From contig JAUVXW010000001.1 of assembly GCA_030603385.1 (NCBI GenBank), positions 192,001 to 256,000 of the forward strand: a stretch of DNA of 64,000 nucleotides. Reading direction: 5' to 3'. Below the pieces are notes generated by a model that was not told the DNA's origin, searched no databases, and worked only from the letters and a program-made list of their open reading frames with translations. The position numbers and the translations under genes were made by a program. Numbering within the stretch: position 1 is the stretch's first letter; every line of letters starts with the position of its first letter. The DNA is from Promethearchaeota archaeon (GTDB lineage Archaea; Asgardarchaeota; Lokiarchaeia; Sigyniarchaeales; SOKP01). Below, piece after piece: positions 10,113-20,711 of this stretch.

Positions 10113-11141
10113 TTACTCAGAAATTTCAAGTATAGCTCTTCCTACGAATTCTCCTCTCTCCAATTCCTCAAAAACTTCATTTATCTCTGAGAGCTTCGCG
10201 GTTCTGCCTACATGAGTTTTTACTTTACCCTCTGCTGCTAACTGAACTAGTTCTCTCATTTCCTCAACAGTACCAACTAGGGACCCAATTATATGAAGTC
10301 CTTTTAATATAAAGCCAAATGGATCGACTGATATTGACCCTTCACTGAAAGCAGGTAATCCTACTGCGATTAGGACCCCCCCACGCTTGAGCAACTTCAA
10401 ACCGAGTTCAAAACCAGCTACTTTTGATGAGAATACTATGCTTGCGTTCACACCCTTGTATTTCTTGGAGATTGTCTCTATCGCTTCACTAACATCTATA
10501 GCATCATCTGCACCCATTTTTCTGATGAAATCTAATTTCTTAGGGCCTATATCGACTCCAATGACTTTATATCCAAAGGCTTTGGCTATCTGTACACCAT
10601 AATGGCCAAGTCCTCCTGCAGCTCCAATAATAGCTATCGATTTACCCATTTGAATTCCGAAGATAGTAAGTTTTTTGATTGCACTATATGCCGTTAAACC
10701 AGCACACGCTAATGGTACTTCTGTATTATCGATTTCATCAGGTAGTTTTACTAAAGCTTTCGCCCAGACAGATATATATTCACCATAAGCACCTATCAAT
10801 TGCCTTTGCTGTGAACAGAGCATAGGTTTACCAGCAAGACAATGTTCACAAGCACCACACCAGTATGCACCTGCAGTACCACCTAGACCTAATATCACTC
10901 TGTCTCCTTTCTTTACAAATCTCTCAGCACCAGGTCCTAGATCTTCTACTATTCCTATCGCTTCATGTCCCAGTGGAAATGGTGGTTTAACTACTGGCCA
11001 ATCACCATTAGAGAGATGTAAATCTGAATGACAAACACCCGCCGTAGAAATTTTAACTAAAGCCTCTTCGTGTCCTGGAGAAGGTTTAGGTATATCTTTA
11101 ATACTTATACTACCAATTTTTTCAACTATAGCTGCTCGCAT
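10113..11141 (-). CDS. Zn-dependent alcohol dehydrogenase (MDR family)
   Basis: GVCHSDLH, GHE, CGACEHC...C, GAAGGLG. Confidence 0.95.
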   Translation of the reverse strand: MRAAIVEKIGSISIKDIPKPSPGHEEALVKISTAGVCHSDLHLSNGDWPVVKPPFPLGHEAIGIVEDLGPGAERFVKKGDRVILGLGGTAGAYWCGACEHCLAGKPMLCSQQRQLIGAYGEYISVWAKALVKLPDEIDNTEVPLACAGLTAYSAIKKLTIFGIQMGKSIAIIGAAGGLGHYGVQIAKAFGYKVIGVDIGPKKLDFIRKMGADDAIDVSEAIETISKKYKGVNASIVFSSKVAGFELGLKLLKRGGVLIAVGLPAFSEGSISVDPFGFILKGLHIIGSLVGTVEEMRELVQLAAEGKVKTHVGRTAKLSEINEVFEELERGEFVGRAILEISE

Positions 11142-11287
11142 TATAATTTTTCCTTTCTCTTCTTTTTAAAAACTATAAAATATCGAATTTTTCTGTATAT
11201 TATATCTGAATATTTAATCTTTTCTTAAGTTGGTTATTTTCAAAAGTAAAAAAAAATTTTTAAATCCATATAGTACTAATTCTAATA

Positions 11288-12124
11288 CTATTGATTCTTT
11301 TCAAATATTCCTTGAATCACCTCAATTCGTCCTTCCTTGAGGTTACGGACAATATTCCTCCATTTTGTAGAAGGATCCGCGACTATGAGACCAAGACTAA
11401 TTGGTTGAGGATTTTTAGATCGAGGTTTGCTTCTCGCACGCTCGATTCCTTCAAGTATTTCTTTTGTTTCATCCTTCCATGAAAGTTCTTTAAATCCGCT
11501 ATTACTGATAAGTTGACGAAGTTCGCTAGCTGTGAAGAGAAAATTGATATCAGGATTATTTGCCCATATCACAGGGAAGTGTATAGGTGTAATCGAACCA
11601 GCGCAGATTGTGTTAAGTGCTAAACGACCCTTTGGATAGAGAACACGCTTAGATTGAGAGAGAACTCGTTCCTTGTTCTCGATGTTCATTAAGACATGTT
11701 GCATAAACACAATATCGAAGATCTCATTATCAAAAGGCATATTTAGCGCATTTCCCTGCCGAATTTCTATTTTATTACTTAATCCTACCCTATCGTTAAT
11801 AATTTCTGTGGCATTGCAATATTCTTCACAGAGTTCGAGTCCTATAATATGACATCCAAACTCAGAAGCTAATGTCCGAGCAGGACCCCCAATACCGCAC
11901 CCAATATCAAGTACTCTCATACTTTCATTAAGGCCAACGGCTCTAGCAAGTTCTATGGTTGCCGATCTTCCACGCAGATGAAGCTCCTCAATTGGAGCAA
12001 GAATATCTTGAATTAATCTTGCAGTATCTAAACCTTCACCTTCTAATATCGCGAGAATTTTCTTACCGAGATCTGACTGTCCGTATTGGGCATTTATAGC
12101 TTTTTCGTAGTTCAAACTAAACAA
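11288..12124 (-). CDS. Class I SAM-dependent methyltransferase
   Basis: VLDIGCGIGG, GNALNMPF. Confidence 0.9.
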   Translation of the reverse strand: MFSLNYEKAINAQYGQSDLGKKILAILEGEGLDTARLIQDILAPIEELHLRGRSATIELARAVGLNESMRVLDIGCGIGGPARTLASEFGCHIIGLELCEEYCNATEIINDRVGLSNKIEIRQGNALNMPFDNEIFDIVFMQHVLMNIENKERVLSQSKRVLYPKGRLALNTICAGSITPIHFPVIWANNPDINFLFTASELRQLISNSGFKELSWKDETKEILEGIERARSKPRSKNPQPISLGLIVADPSTKWRNIVRNLKEGRIEVIQGIFEKNQ

Positions 12125-12383
12125 ATCCTTCTTGTTTGAATACTACAATATCATATCTTTAAAAAAAGTTATGTAATTAAAAAAAATAAATATATGAAAT
12201 AATGTTTCACTTATTTTTTTCTTTTGATTAAGAAAAGGCTTATTCCCATAACACCGGTAGATCTCCTCATCAAGAATAAAGATGGTAAAGAAAAGGTTTT
12301 AGAAAACTACAATACCATATTTTTAAAAAAAGTTATTAAAAAAAAATAGATAAAAAATTTGTATGTTAGCAACATAAAATTGG

Positions 12384-12590
12384 CTATATTAAACTAATAG
12401 CAATTTTCATGTCAGCTGCTGTTACTTTCTTTCTGCCAGAGTGTTTTGCAATGTCAAGCGCGCAACCAGTTAGACCTTTAGCATATTCTTCTAAATAATC
12501 CATTAATTTATCAACTGCAGCTCGACTTACGATTTCTGCTCCGGCTTTTTTCATTAGAGCCCTTAATGGACTCCATGCAAATGCTGCCAT
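12384..12590 (-). CDS. Archaeal histone
   Basis: PLRALMKKAGAEIVSRAAV...AKHSGRKKVTAADMK histone fold; GGAGG RBS upstream. Confidence 0.96.
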   Translation of the reverse strand: MAAFAWSPLRALMKKAGAEIVSRAAVDKLMDYLEEYAKGLTGCALDIAKHSGRKKVTAADMKIAISLI

Positions 12591-13157
12591 TTTTTTATTC
12601 CTCCACTAATTTTTAATTTAAGTTTGTTTTATTTAAAATTAAATACTTTGATAAAATTGATGTATTTATAATTCTAAATTGTTTTTTCTTGTATATAAAT
12701 GTGTTGGTTGTTTTTTTATAACCGAGCAATTTGATCAACTAGATTTAATCGACAAAAAAAAGTGGGATAGAAAAAAAACTTTTTTTTTATTAGTAAATTC
12801 CAATAATATGATCTGATCAAAATCTGAGATCATTTGGGGCACTTTATGATCTTGAACCAGTAATTTCATTATGAAATGGTCAAAATCTATAACCAAACCT
12901 CATTAGATCTTTTATGAAATAAATCTTCGAGCAAGCTAACAGCCTAAATATTCGTATAAAAATATAGTGAAGCGGAAAATCTCTCCATTACTTTTGAAAA
13001 TAAGGATAGAGATTTGTTAAACAATAGTAGAATTGCATTACGGGCGATTATAAAAGATGAAAAAGTCTATAATCTACTTTATCCAATATTGGCTCAAAAG
13101 GTCTCGAAGAGATATTAAATATAAATAAGTAAAAATATTATTAGATTAGAATAATAA

Positions 13158-13173
13158 TGTATACTAGTATACA
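13158..13173. promoter_or_regulatory. Perfect 16-bp palindrome TGTATACTAGTATACA, probable TA-operon operator
   Basis: Lies 15 nt upstream of the antitoxin ORF; TA operons are typically autorepressed through palindromes. Confidence 0.6.
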
Positions 13174-13187
13174 AAGATACAAAAAAG

Positions 13188-13472
13188 GTGATTTTCATAA
13201 GCACCATACGGATTGATAAAAAACATTTAAAATTGTTGGATAAATTGATTTCTCATTTAATATTACGAGGAAATAAAATAAGCAAGAAGGATTTTGTAGC
13301 AAAGCTGATAGAGGATGCAATGATAGCTGAAGGTCTTGAAGAAAATGAATCTTCAGATTCAATAATGGATGATCACGCATGGAAGGGATTGGAAGATGTT
13401 TTTGAGTTAGGTATTGAAGATTTATCGGAAAAAGTCGATGAATTCTTATATCAGTTAAATGAGGAAGAATAA
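13188..13472 (+). CDS. Putative antitoxin (VapB-like, N-terminal DNA-binding region, acidic C-terminus)
   Basis: Small gene directly upstream of the PIN toxin; C-terminal DLSEKVDEFLY-type tail. Confidence 0.7.
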   Translation: MIFISTIRIDKKHLKLLDKLISHLILRGNKISKKDFVAKLIEDAMIAEGLEENESSDSIMDDHAWKGLEDVFELGIEDLSEKVDEFLYQLNEEE

Positions 13473-13884
13473 AATGGCTGTTTTTTTAGATACAGGATTT
13501 TTATTAGCAGTTAAGAACAAAGATGATAAAAATTTCCAAATTGCACAATCTTGGATGAGGAGGTTTCTAAAAAATGAATTCGGGGAGATATTTACATCAA
13601 CATTAGTGTTTAATGAATTGGTGACCTTAGCATTGGTAAGAATAAAACGTCCTGATTTTGCGATAAATCTAGGAAATTATATTTTGAAGAGTAGAAAGAT
13701 AAAGATTATTAGTCTTACGGATGACGATTTTAAGAATTCTTGGGAGATCTTTCAAAAATATAAGGAAAAAAGATTATCTTTTACTGATAGCTCCATTTTA
13801 ATTCAGTGCAAACGTTTAAACTGCAATTTTTTAGCTACCTTTGATAAACATTTTAAAGGTTTAATACCCTCAAATTTAAATTGA
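13459..13884 (+). CDS. vapC: VapC PIN-domain toxin
   Basis: VFLDTGFL, ELVTL, LSFTD, LATFDKHF; likely start ATG 13474. Confidence 0.9.
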   Translation: MRKNKMAVFLDTGFLLAVKNKDDKNFQIAQSWMRRFLKNEFGEIFTSTLVFNELVTLALVRIKRPDFAINLGNYILKSRKIKIISLTDDDFKNSWEIFQKYKEKRLSFTDSSILIQCKRLNCNFLATFDKHFKGLIPSNLN

Positions 13885-13972
13885 TCTCGCTATTATTAGT
13901 AGTAGTACTTGTTTAGGGGGGGCAACACGGGGGAGGGAGATTAAATTTATAGATACGTATTACTAAAAAATA

Positions 13973-14740
13973 TCATTTTAGTTTTCTTGCTTTAATAATG
14001 AATCTATGATCATTCGAGTCTAATTCTAAATATCCCCTTTCATCGATATGCGAGTGAATTTCCAGTAATTTATTATAATATTTCTCTATAGAAAAACCAG
14101 GTAGTTCCCAAGGAACAGCTTTAAGGTGATAAACTATAGCTCCAACATCAAAAATTCTTGTTGATGTGATATTTTCTTTTCTTTCTAATATCTCAAAACC
14201 AGTCGTTTCTAATTTGTTTACTGCATAATCTAGATTCCATTCTATTTCAATTTCTAGTTCTTCCCTTCCAGTTAAAAGAAGCCTGAGTTTTGAGTCGTTT
14301 TTATCTCCAACTTGTTGAGTAATGAAAATTCCGTTAGATTTGAGAACTCTATATATTTCTATTTGGGAGTAAAATTCATGGCGATTAATGATTAAATCAA
14401 ATTCTTCATCCTTGAAGGGAAGGTGCTCATCATCTTTGCAATAAAATACCTTCGCACCTAAAGGTTCTAATTTTTTTTTAGCAATAGACACGTTAGGTTC
14501 ATATTTTTCAGTAGCACAAGTATGTTTTGGTAAAGGTACAAGGGATGATAAAAATTCACCTCCTCCTGTTCCCATGTCTAGAAGAGATTCAGACTTCCTT
14601 ATAAGAGGTAAAAGCATACTTGTATAACTCCAAGTTAAAGGAGCATTTACGATCCTATCACTAATATACGAAAAATCCCACCCTGAGAAAGGATGATCAG
14701 CTTCTGAAATAAGAAAATTAAATAGTTCATTACTTCTCAT
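13973..14740 (-). CDS. SAM-dependent methyltransferase
   Basis: FSGWDFS, LLDMGTGGGE, LPFKDEEFDLIINRH. Confidence 0.9.
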   Translation of the reverse strand: MRSNELFNFLISEADHPFSGWDFSYISDRIVNAPLTWSYTSMLLPLIRKSESLLDMGTGGGEFLSSLVPLPKHTCATEKYEPNVSIAKKKLEPLGAKVFYCKDDEHLPFKDEEFDLIINRHEFYSQIEIYRVLKSNGIFITQQVGDKNDSKLRLLLTGREELEIEIEWNLDYAVNKLETTGFEILERKENITSTRIFDVGAIVYHLKAVPWELPGFSIEKYYNKLLEIHSHIDERGYLELDSNDHRFIIKARKLK

Positions 14741-14874
14741 AAAAAATCACACAAAATTTAATTATAGCAAATTCAAGCTTCTAATTATTTCAAAATTCTT
14801 TCTTTAAACAATATTATCTGTATTAATAATTTTTAAAAAGGATTTATGTTAAAATGTAATATATTTAGAAATAA

Positions 14875-16068
14875 TTGAATTTAAAAATGAATTATGATGT
14901 AGTAGTTTCGGGAGCAGGTCCGGCAGGTTCTAAGTGTGCTGAAGTTATAGCAAAAGCGGGTTATAAAGTTGCTTTAATTGAAAAAGATATAAATTATCGA
15001 AAGCCATGTGGTGGGGGGCTCCCTAGAGCTAGCATATATAAATATTACCCGCAATTGAGGAAATTAGATTTGGTTAAAAAAAATGCAATTTTAATGTTTT
15101 CTGCCGATCATCATAAACTCGAACACTCTTATAAAGATTCTGAAGATAACCCAATTGTAATAGATAGGTTGGAGTTTGATAATTTAGTGAGAAATGTAGC
15201 AGTTGAGGCTGGAGCGGAACTCTTTGATAAGAATATATCATACGACTTCATATATAAAGATCAAAAAAGAGTTGGAATTAGAACAAAAACGCCCTTAGGT
15301 GTAAAGGAATATTTAGCTAATATAATTATTATTGCAGATGGAATGAGCTCTAAACTAGCTAACAAATCGGGATTAAGGGGGAAATGGAAACCTCTAGAAA
15401 TAGGCATAGGTAAAGTCGAGATTTTAGAGGGTCACAATAATTTAAATGAGAGGTGTACATATTTCTTTTTTAAAGAATATGGGTATAACTGGATCTTCCC
15501 AATAGATAAACAGAAATTCAATATTGGGTTAATTACGTATTACGAGAGTAATTTAAAATATAACTTAAATAATCTGTTTAAGGAATTCCTCCATGAGGTG
15601 CGTAATAAAAACCTGCTGTTAGAAAAAGATTATAAAGTAATATGGTCAGCATCATTTCCTGAGCCAGCAACGGGAGTTTTGGAAAAAAGTCTTTATGGTG
15701 ATAATATAATTCTTATAGGTGACGCAGCGGGATTTGTTGCTCCTATCAGCGGAGAAGGTATTCATGGTGCCATTGTCTCTGGTCAAGTAGCTGGAGAAAC
15801 TTCTATAGGTGCTATAGAAAAAGAAGATTTTACAGTGAATTCTCTTAAGGAGTTTAAAAAACATCCAAAAATTAGAAAGATTATTAGAATGTTTAAATTC
15901 CAACATAAATTTGTAAATTTCATTTACGAAAACGAGGGTGAAAACATTAATAAAGCCTTTAAGATGGCAGAAGAGAGTAGTGAATTTAAACAAATAATTA
16001 TAAATACCTTTATTTTCGGTCAAACACCCCCTAAAGATTTTATTTCGCAAATAAAAGGTATGAATTAA
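14875..16068 (+). CDS. Geranylgeranyl reductase family flavoprotein, paralog 1
   Basis: GAGPAG, KPCGGG, ADG, YNWIFP, GDAAGFVAPISGEGI. Confidence 0.9.
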   Translation: MNLKMNYDVVVSGAGPAGSKCAEVIAKAGYKVALIEKDINYRKPCGGGLPRASIYKYYPQLRKLDLVKKNAILMFSADHHKLEHSYKDSEDNPIVIDRLEFDNLVRNVAVEAGAELFDKNISYDFIYKDQKRVGIRTKTPLGVKEYLANIIIIADGMSSKLANKSGLRGKWKPLEIGIGKVEILEGHNNLNERCTYFFFKEYGYNWIFPIDKQKFNIGLITYYESNLKYNLNNLFKEFLHEVRNKNLLLEKDYKVIWSASFPEPATGVLEKSLYGDNIILIGDAAGFVAPISGEGIHGAIVSGQVAGETSIGAIEKEDFTVNSLKEFKKHPKIRKIIRMFKFQHKFVNFIYENEGENINKAFKMAEESSEFKQIIINTFIFGQTPPKDFISQIKGMN

Positions 16069-16117
16069 ATATTTTATAAAAGAAGAACTCAATATCATTA
16101 AAACAGGTGTTATTAGC

Positions 16118-17302
16118 ATGTATGATGTAATAGTTTCAGGAGCTGGTCCAGCAGGATCCAGATGTGCAGAAATTTTAGCTCGGAATGGTTTTAATGTTGC
16201 ATTAATAGAAAGGGATACTAATTGGAGAAAGCCATGTGGGGGTGGCTTAAGTGCACGAATCATGAATAAATATTATCCACAACTAAGAAAGTTAAATCCT
16301 GTATTAAAAAAGGGCGGATTTATGTTTTCTGCTGATTTTCATAAAATAGAATATAATTGGGAAGGTTTTGGGGGAGATTCAGTCGTAATGGATCGATTAG
16401 AATTAGATAATTTGATTAGAGATATTGCAGTTGAAGCTGGAGCAGAACTTTTTGATAAAAATATTTCATTTGACTTTATCATTAAAAATCAGAAAAAAAT
16501 TGGAATTAAAACGAAAACTACATCTGGAACTAAAGAGTATTTAGGAAAAATAATAGTAATAGCTGATGGAATGAGTTCTAAATTAGCAGTAAAATCCGGT
16601 TTGAGAGAGCGTTGGAAAATTGAAAATATTGGATTGGCAAAATGCTCGATCATTGAAGGTAAAACAGATTTTGATGAGACGAAATCCTATATTTATTTTA
16701 GACCTTATAAAGGATATGGATGGGTTTTTCCTATAGATGATAAACGAATTAATATTGGTTGTGGTACATTTGAAGAAGATAATCTTAATTATAATTTAAA
16801 TCAGATTTATGATGATTTTATAAATAATCCTAATATTAAACAGTATTTTTCTGGATCTAATTATAAAAATAAATGGACAGGAGCGTTTCCACTTCCCGCG
16901 AAAGGGATATTAGAAAAGAGTTTATATGGAGATAATATCATGATCGTTGGTGATGCTGCTGGATTTGTGTCCCCAATTAGTGGGGAAGGTATTCATCCAA
17001 GCATAGTGTCTGGACAGGTCGCTGCTGAAACGGCAATTAAAGCGATTGATGAGGATGATATTTCTAAGAAATCTTTAAAGTCTTACAAACAACATCCCAA
17101 TATTAAGAAGATAATTAGGAATTTCAAATTAAAACGTTCAATGGTGGAATTTTTTTATGAAAATGAAGGAAAAAATCTTGATATAATGTTTAAATTAGCG
17201 GAAGCTGATGAAGATTTTAAAACTCAGGTTATAAATATGTTCTTTTCTAACGCTGCTCCTTCAAATGAATTTTTTACAAAAGTTAGAGCTTCAAGTATGT
17301 GA
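16118..17302 (+). CDS. Geranylgeranyl reductase family flavoprotein, paralog 2
   Basis: GAGPAG, KPCGGG, YGWVFP, GDAAGFVSPISGEGI; visibly similar to the upstream gene. Confidence 0.92.
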   Translation: MYDVIVSGAGPAGSRCAEILARNGFNVALIERDTNWRKPCGGGLSARIMNKYYPQLRKLNPVLKKGGFMFSADFHKIEYNWEGFGGDSVVMDRLELDNLIRDIAVEAGAELFDKNISFDFIIKNQKKIGIKTKTTSGTKEYLGKIIVIADGMSSKLAVKSGLRERWKIENIGLAKCSIIEGKTDFDETKSYIYFRPYKGYGWVFPIDDKRINIGCGTFEEDNLNYNLNQIYDDFINNPNIKQYFSGSNYKNKWTGAFPLPAKGILEKSLYGDNIMIVGDAAGFVSPISGEGIHPSIVSGQVAAETAIKAIDEDDISKKSLKSYKQHPNIKKIIRNFKLKRSMVEFFYENEGKNLDIMFKLAEADEDFKTQVINMFFSNAAPSNEFFTKVRASSM

Positions 17303-17414
17303 TTCACAAAATTAAATTTATAGAATTTTTTTATAAATTTTTCGCTCTCCAAGGTTTTAAAAGAGTGGGATTGGGTTTTTTTATTTAAAAACAACTCTAA
17401 AAATTGTGTATCAA

Positions 17415-17582
17415 ATGGGAACTGAAATAGAATTTATTCCTCGAATTGAATTATTGACCTGTCCATTTATCGAAAAATGTGAACTTCCAAAATTACGATT
17501 TTTATGTAAAATTCCTGAATGCAAGAATTGCATCGAATATAGGGATTGGTTAAAAAAACTAAAGTCCAGAATTCTTTATTAG
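17415..17582 (+). CDS. Small Cys-rich protein (55 aa), below the ORF-track cutoff
   Basis: MGTEIEFIPRIELLTCPFIEKCELPKLRFLCKIPECKNCIEYRDWLKKLKSRILY; 5 Cys; fills an intergenic gap. Confidence 0.6.
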   Translation: MGTEIEFIPRIELLTCPFIEKCELPKLRFLCKIPECKNCIEYRDWLKKLKSRILY

Positions 17583-17712
17583 ATTAAATTTAGATTTAAA
17601 ACAAAACCACTCACTTCTAAGTTCGGTATAGATAGATAAAATAATTATATAATCTATTATACTTAATCTTAGTTTAATGGAGATTAAATATTTGTAAGGA
17701 GAACTTTAAAAC

Positions 17713-18765
17713 ATGGGTGAAATCAATCCTAAAATTTTAGTAGTTTCTGATATTCATTTAGGTTCCTTGGATAGCGAAAAAGATTTATTTATTCAATTTT
17801 TAAGAAAAATTGTTAATGGAGAGTTTGAAACTGAATTAAAAGCCCTTATAATATTAGGAGATTTTATTGATTTATGTACAGATATTCCTAAAACTCTTTT
17901 AAAAAGGGAGCAAATCCAAGAAATATTCACTCTTTTACTAGAAATCAAAAGGAATATAAATCTCGTTTTTGTACTTGGAAATCATGAAATCCCTGTTACG
18001 GGAGATTACGATGAGAAATTTAAACGTCGAAAAGAAAAATTTTTGAGAAGGTTTAAGAGTAGCAAATTCGGTGAGTTGTTTGATAATGAGATTTACTATC
18101 AATATTTATTATTAAAAAAGTTAAACAACGAGGACATGCTTTTGTTATATGATACACGAGATCAAATTGAGGATAATCCTGTTAACAAGATAAGAATTGA
18201 TGGACTTGAATTAGAGGAGGATTATAGATGTTTTATGACGCATGGTTATCAATTCGATGGTGATGTATATCGCTTTTTTGTAGGACAGATATGGAAATCT
18301 TTAATCTCTAACAATAAATTTGAAATAAAAGAGACTTATGATTATTTTTGGAACGCAGTAATTAAAAATGGCAGAAAAATTAAACCTATTACATTTAGAA
18401 AGATGAAAGAAGAATTGGCTAACTTGAAAAATGAGTCAATAGAATCACAACATACCCTTTTCTCAGGATTAAATATTTTAGAATTTAATCTAATTAAAGC
18501 AAACATGCGTGTATTGAAAAAATGGGAACACGCTAGTAAACCTGATTACTATTTTGATGAGATAAAAAGGTTCTTAGAGGATGACGAATATGATTTATCA
18601 AAAATAAATCATTTAATATACGGACATTCGCACCATAAGGGAATGTATAAAGGAACGGTAAATGGCCATTCAATAGAAATTATTAACGATGGCTCATGGC
18701 AACATATGCATCCTTCCTATGTAGAAATTCTTAATCGGGGTAAAATCAATTTAAAATCTCTATAA
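17713..18765 (+). CDS. Calcineurin-like metallophosphoesterase (LpxH-like)
   Basis: DIHLG, GDFID, GNHE, THG, GHSH, NDGSW. Confidence 0.92.
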   Translation: MGEINPKILVVSDIHLGSLDSEKDLFIQFLRKIVNGEFETELKALIILGDFIDLCTDIPKTLLKREQIQEIFTLLLEIKRNINLVFVLGNHEIPVTGDYDEKFKRRKEKFLRRFKSSKFGELFDNEIYYQYLLLKKLNNEDMLLLYDTRDQIEDNPVNKIRIDGLELEEDYRCFMTHGYQFDGDVYRFFVGQIWKSLISNNKFEIKETYDYFWNAVIKNGRKIKPITFRKMKEELANLKNESIESQHTLFSGLNILEFNLIKANMRVLKKWEHASKPDYYFDEIKRFLEDDEYDLSKINHLIYGHSHHKGMYKGTVNGHSIEIINDGSWQHMHPSYVEILNRGKINLKSL

Positions 18766-18922
18766 GCTTAACCTTTTTTAAAGATTATGTAAAATTAACA
18801 ACAATTGTTAGTTTTAGAGATCAGTTGTACATTTAAATAATGTTCACAATTTATAAATCTCAACTTTTATTTTAAATTATTAATCTTAAAATATTTAATT
18901 CATTAGAGTTTAGATTTTATTA

Positions 18923-19531
18923 ATGACAACACAAGATACTCCAATCTTTAAGGTAAATGATGGTAATAAGCCGATCTATATTTTAAAGATCGTAATTTTA
19001 GGCCAGGAGCGTGTAGGAAAGACATGTATAGCCAAACGCTTATGTTTTAATACTTTCGAAGTTGAAACAAAGGAAACGTTGGGAATCGAGTTCTATACCT
19101 ATGACCTTCCCATTACAGTAAGCGGAGATGAAACTTTTGTTAGAATTAGCATATGGGATTTTGGTGGCCGGGAGCAGTTTAAAAAATTATTTCCATATTA
19201 CATTAATGGTGCCAATGGTATATTTATGGTATTCAGTTTAGTGGATCTTCAAACCTTACTAAGATTAGATTGGTGGTATGAAAGATTAGGTGAATATAAT
19301 CATGCGGAAACTCCAAGAATGTTTGTTGGCGCCAAAAATGATATTATTGGAAATGTTGACGATAAGACGCGAGTAGATAAATTAGTAGTAGATAGATTTA
19401 TGAAACGGCACGCTGAAAGTGATTTTTACAAATGCTCTTCGAAGGAAAATTTTAATATTAAGAAAATTTTTAAAGAGCTAGTTATTAAGATTTTAGAGAA
19501 GAATAAATTAGATTACGAACGAATTGGTTAA
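18923..19531 (+). CDS. Rab-like small GTPase
   Basis: GQERVGKT, TLGIEF, WDFGGREQF, AKND, SSK. Confidence 0.92.
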   Translation: MTTQDTPIFKVNDGNKPIYILKIVILGQERVGKTCIAKRLCFNTFEVETKETLGIEFYTYDLPITVSGDETFVRISIWDFGGREQFKKLFPYYINGANGIFMVFSLVDLQTLLRLDWWYERLGEYNHAETPRMFVGAKNDIIGNVDDKTRVDKLVVDRFMKRHAESDFYKCSSKENFNIKKIFKELVIKILEKNKLDYERIG

Positions 19532-19667
19532 AGTAAAGTAATCTTTTTTCCTACTAAAACCACAAATGAACTTTTTCTAAGGGAACGTATAATAGTTGAT
19601 ATATTTCAAGAAGAAATACTACCAACTAAAGAGGAACTTTCTGAATTAATGAGTAGAACATTCATAA

Positions 19668-20645
19668 TTAAATAAGGATTACAATTACACCAAAAATAGT
19701 CAGAATTACACCAATAAAGCCAAATTTAGAAATTTTTTCCTTGTTTACAAAATAAGTTAATGGAAGGGAAAATAGAGGGCTTGCACTTGCGATTAATGCT
19801 ACAACATCAGCTCCTGCTACATGTACGGATTCAGTATATAGATGTGCTCCAAGTGAAGTTCCTATAATTGAAGCACTTATTAATAAAACCCATGTACGGA
19901 GAGATTTCTTTTTATTAGCGAAATTATTGTTTTCTTTATTTAAGTAATTCTCCCTCCACACCATTGAGCTCAAGATCAATAAAGCAAATGGGAACCGGAT
20001 TACATTTCCTATAATAGAACTAAGTTCTTCTACTTGGATAATCTTATCTATTCTGACAATAGCAACTTCAATCATAACAGCCCCAATAGCCCAACCTAGA
20101 GATGCAGCAAAACAAAAAATAATTGCTTTAACTATATCTTTTCTAAATATTTCTTGAAATCTGATTTTAATTGTTTGTTTTGCGATAGAGTTTTTATTAT
20201 CGTTTGAATTCTCAGAGTTTATTTTGGCTTTACCAATTATAATGATTCCAACACCAATTAGGAGGAGTGAGAAAATTAAATTAAGTTTAAATGGTCTATT
20301 GAGAAAAATTAGAGATAGTATGAATGTAAATAGTGGAAAAGTCATCGAAATAGCAAGTGCAATAGTTGTTCCTAGTTTTTTTTGAGCAGTAAAATAAGCT
20401 GTATCCCCTATCACTTGACCAAAAACGAAACTAAAAATTAACAACACCCATAATTCCAAGGGGATTATAAAAATAAGGTTTAACTGATTTAAAAAGAAAA
20501 CTATAAGGATGAAGGTTAATGTACCTACAGCTGTTCGAAAAAAATTGATAAAAGTTGGGCTAGCTTCATGCTCTGTTTTGCGAAAAATAACATTAGACGC
20601 AACAAATGTTAACACAGCTAAAATTGCGATGATTTCTCCTGGCAT
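19668..20645 (-). CDS. DMT/EamA family transporter
   Basis: Two roughly 5-TM repeats, PLF...L.E motif. Confidence 0.88.
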   Translation of the reverse strand: MPGEIIAILAVLTFVASNVIFRKTEHEASPTFINFFRTAVGTLTFILIVFFLNQLNLIFIIPLELWVLLIFSFVFGQVIGDTAYFTAQKKLGTTIALAISMTFPLFTFILSLIFLNRPFKLNLIFSLLLIGVGIIIIGKAKINSENSNDNKNSIAKQTIKIRFQEIFRKDIVKAIIFCFAASLGWAIGAVMIEVAIVRIDKIIQVEELSSIIGNVIRFPFALLILSSMVWRENYLNKENNNFANKKKSLRTWVLLISASIIGTSLGAHLYTESVHVAGADVVALIASASPLFSLPLTYFVNKEKISKFGFIGVILTIFGVIVILI

Positions 20646-20711
20646 TGTACACGTAAATTAAAGAACACATAAATTGTTTTCCATTAAAATGACATTATAA
20701 ATGGATAAATA

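Noticed and set aside
12780-13120. Short open frames in intergenic gaps (also about 12230-12350, 19540-19670, 34810-34965)
   Set aside because: Possibly gene remnants, but no recognisable family or clear start.
15652-16263. 203-aa antisense ORF and the other short shadow ORFs (e.g. 2726, 3478, 6476, 27983, 30586, 47034-48103, 52715, 55317)
   Set aside because: They overlap well-supported genes and show no motifs.
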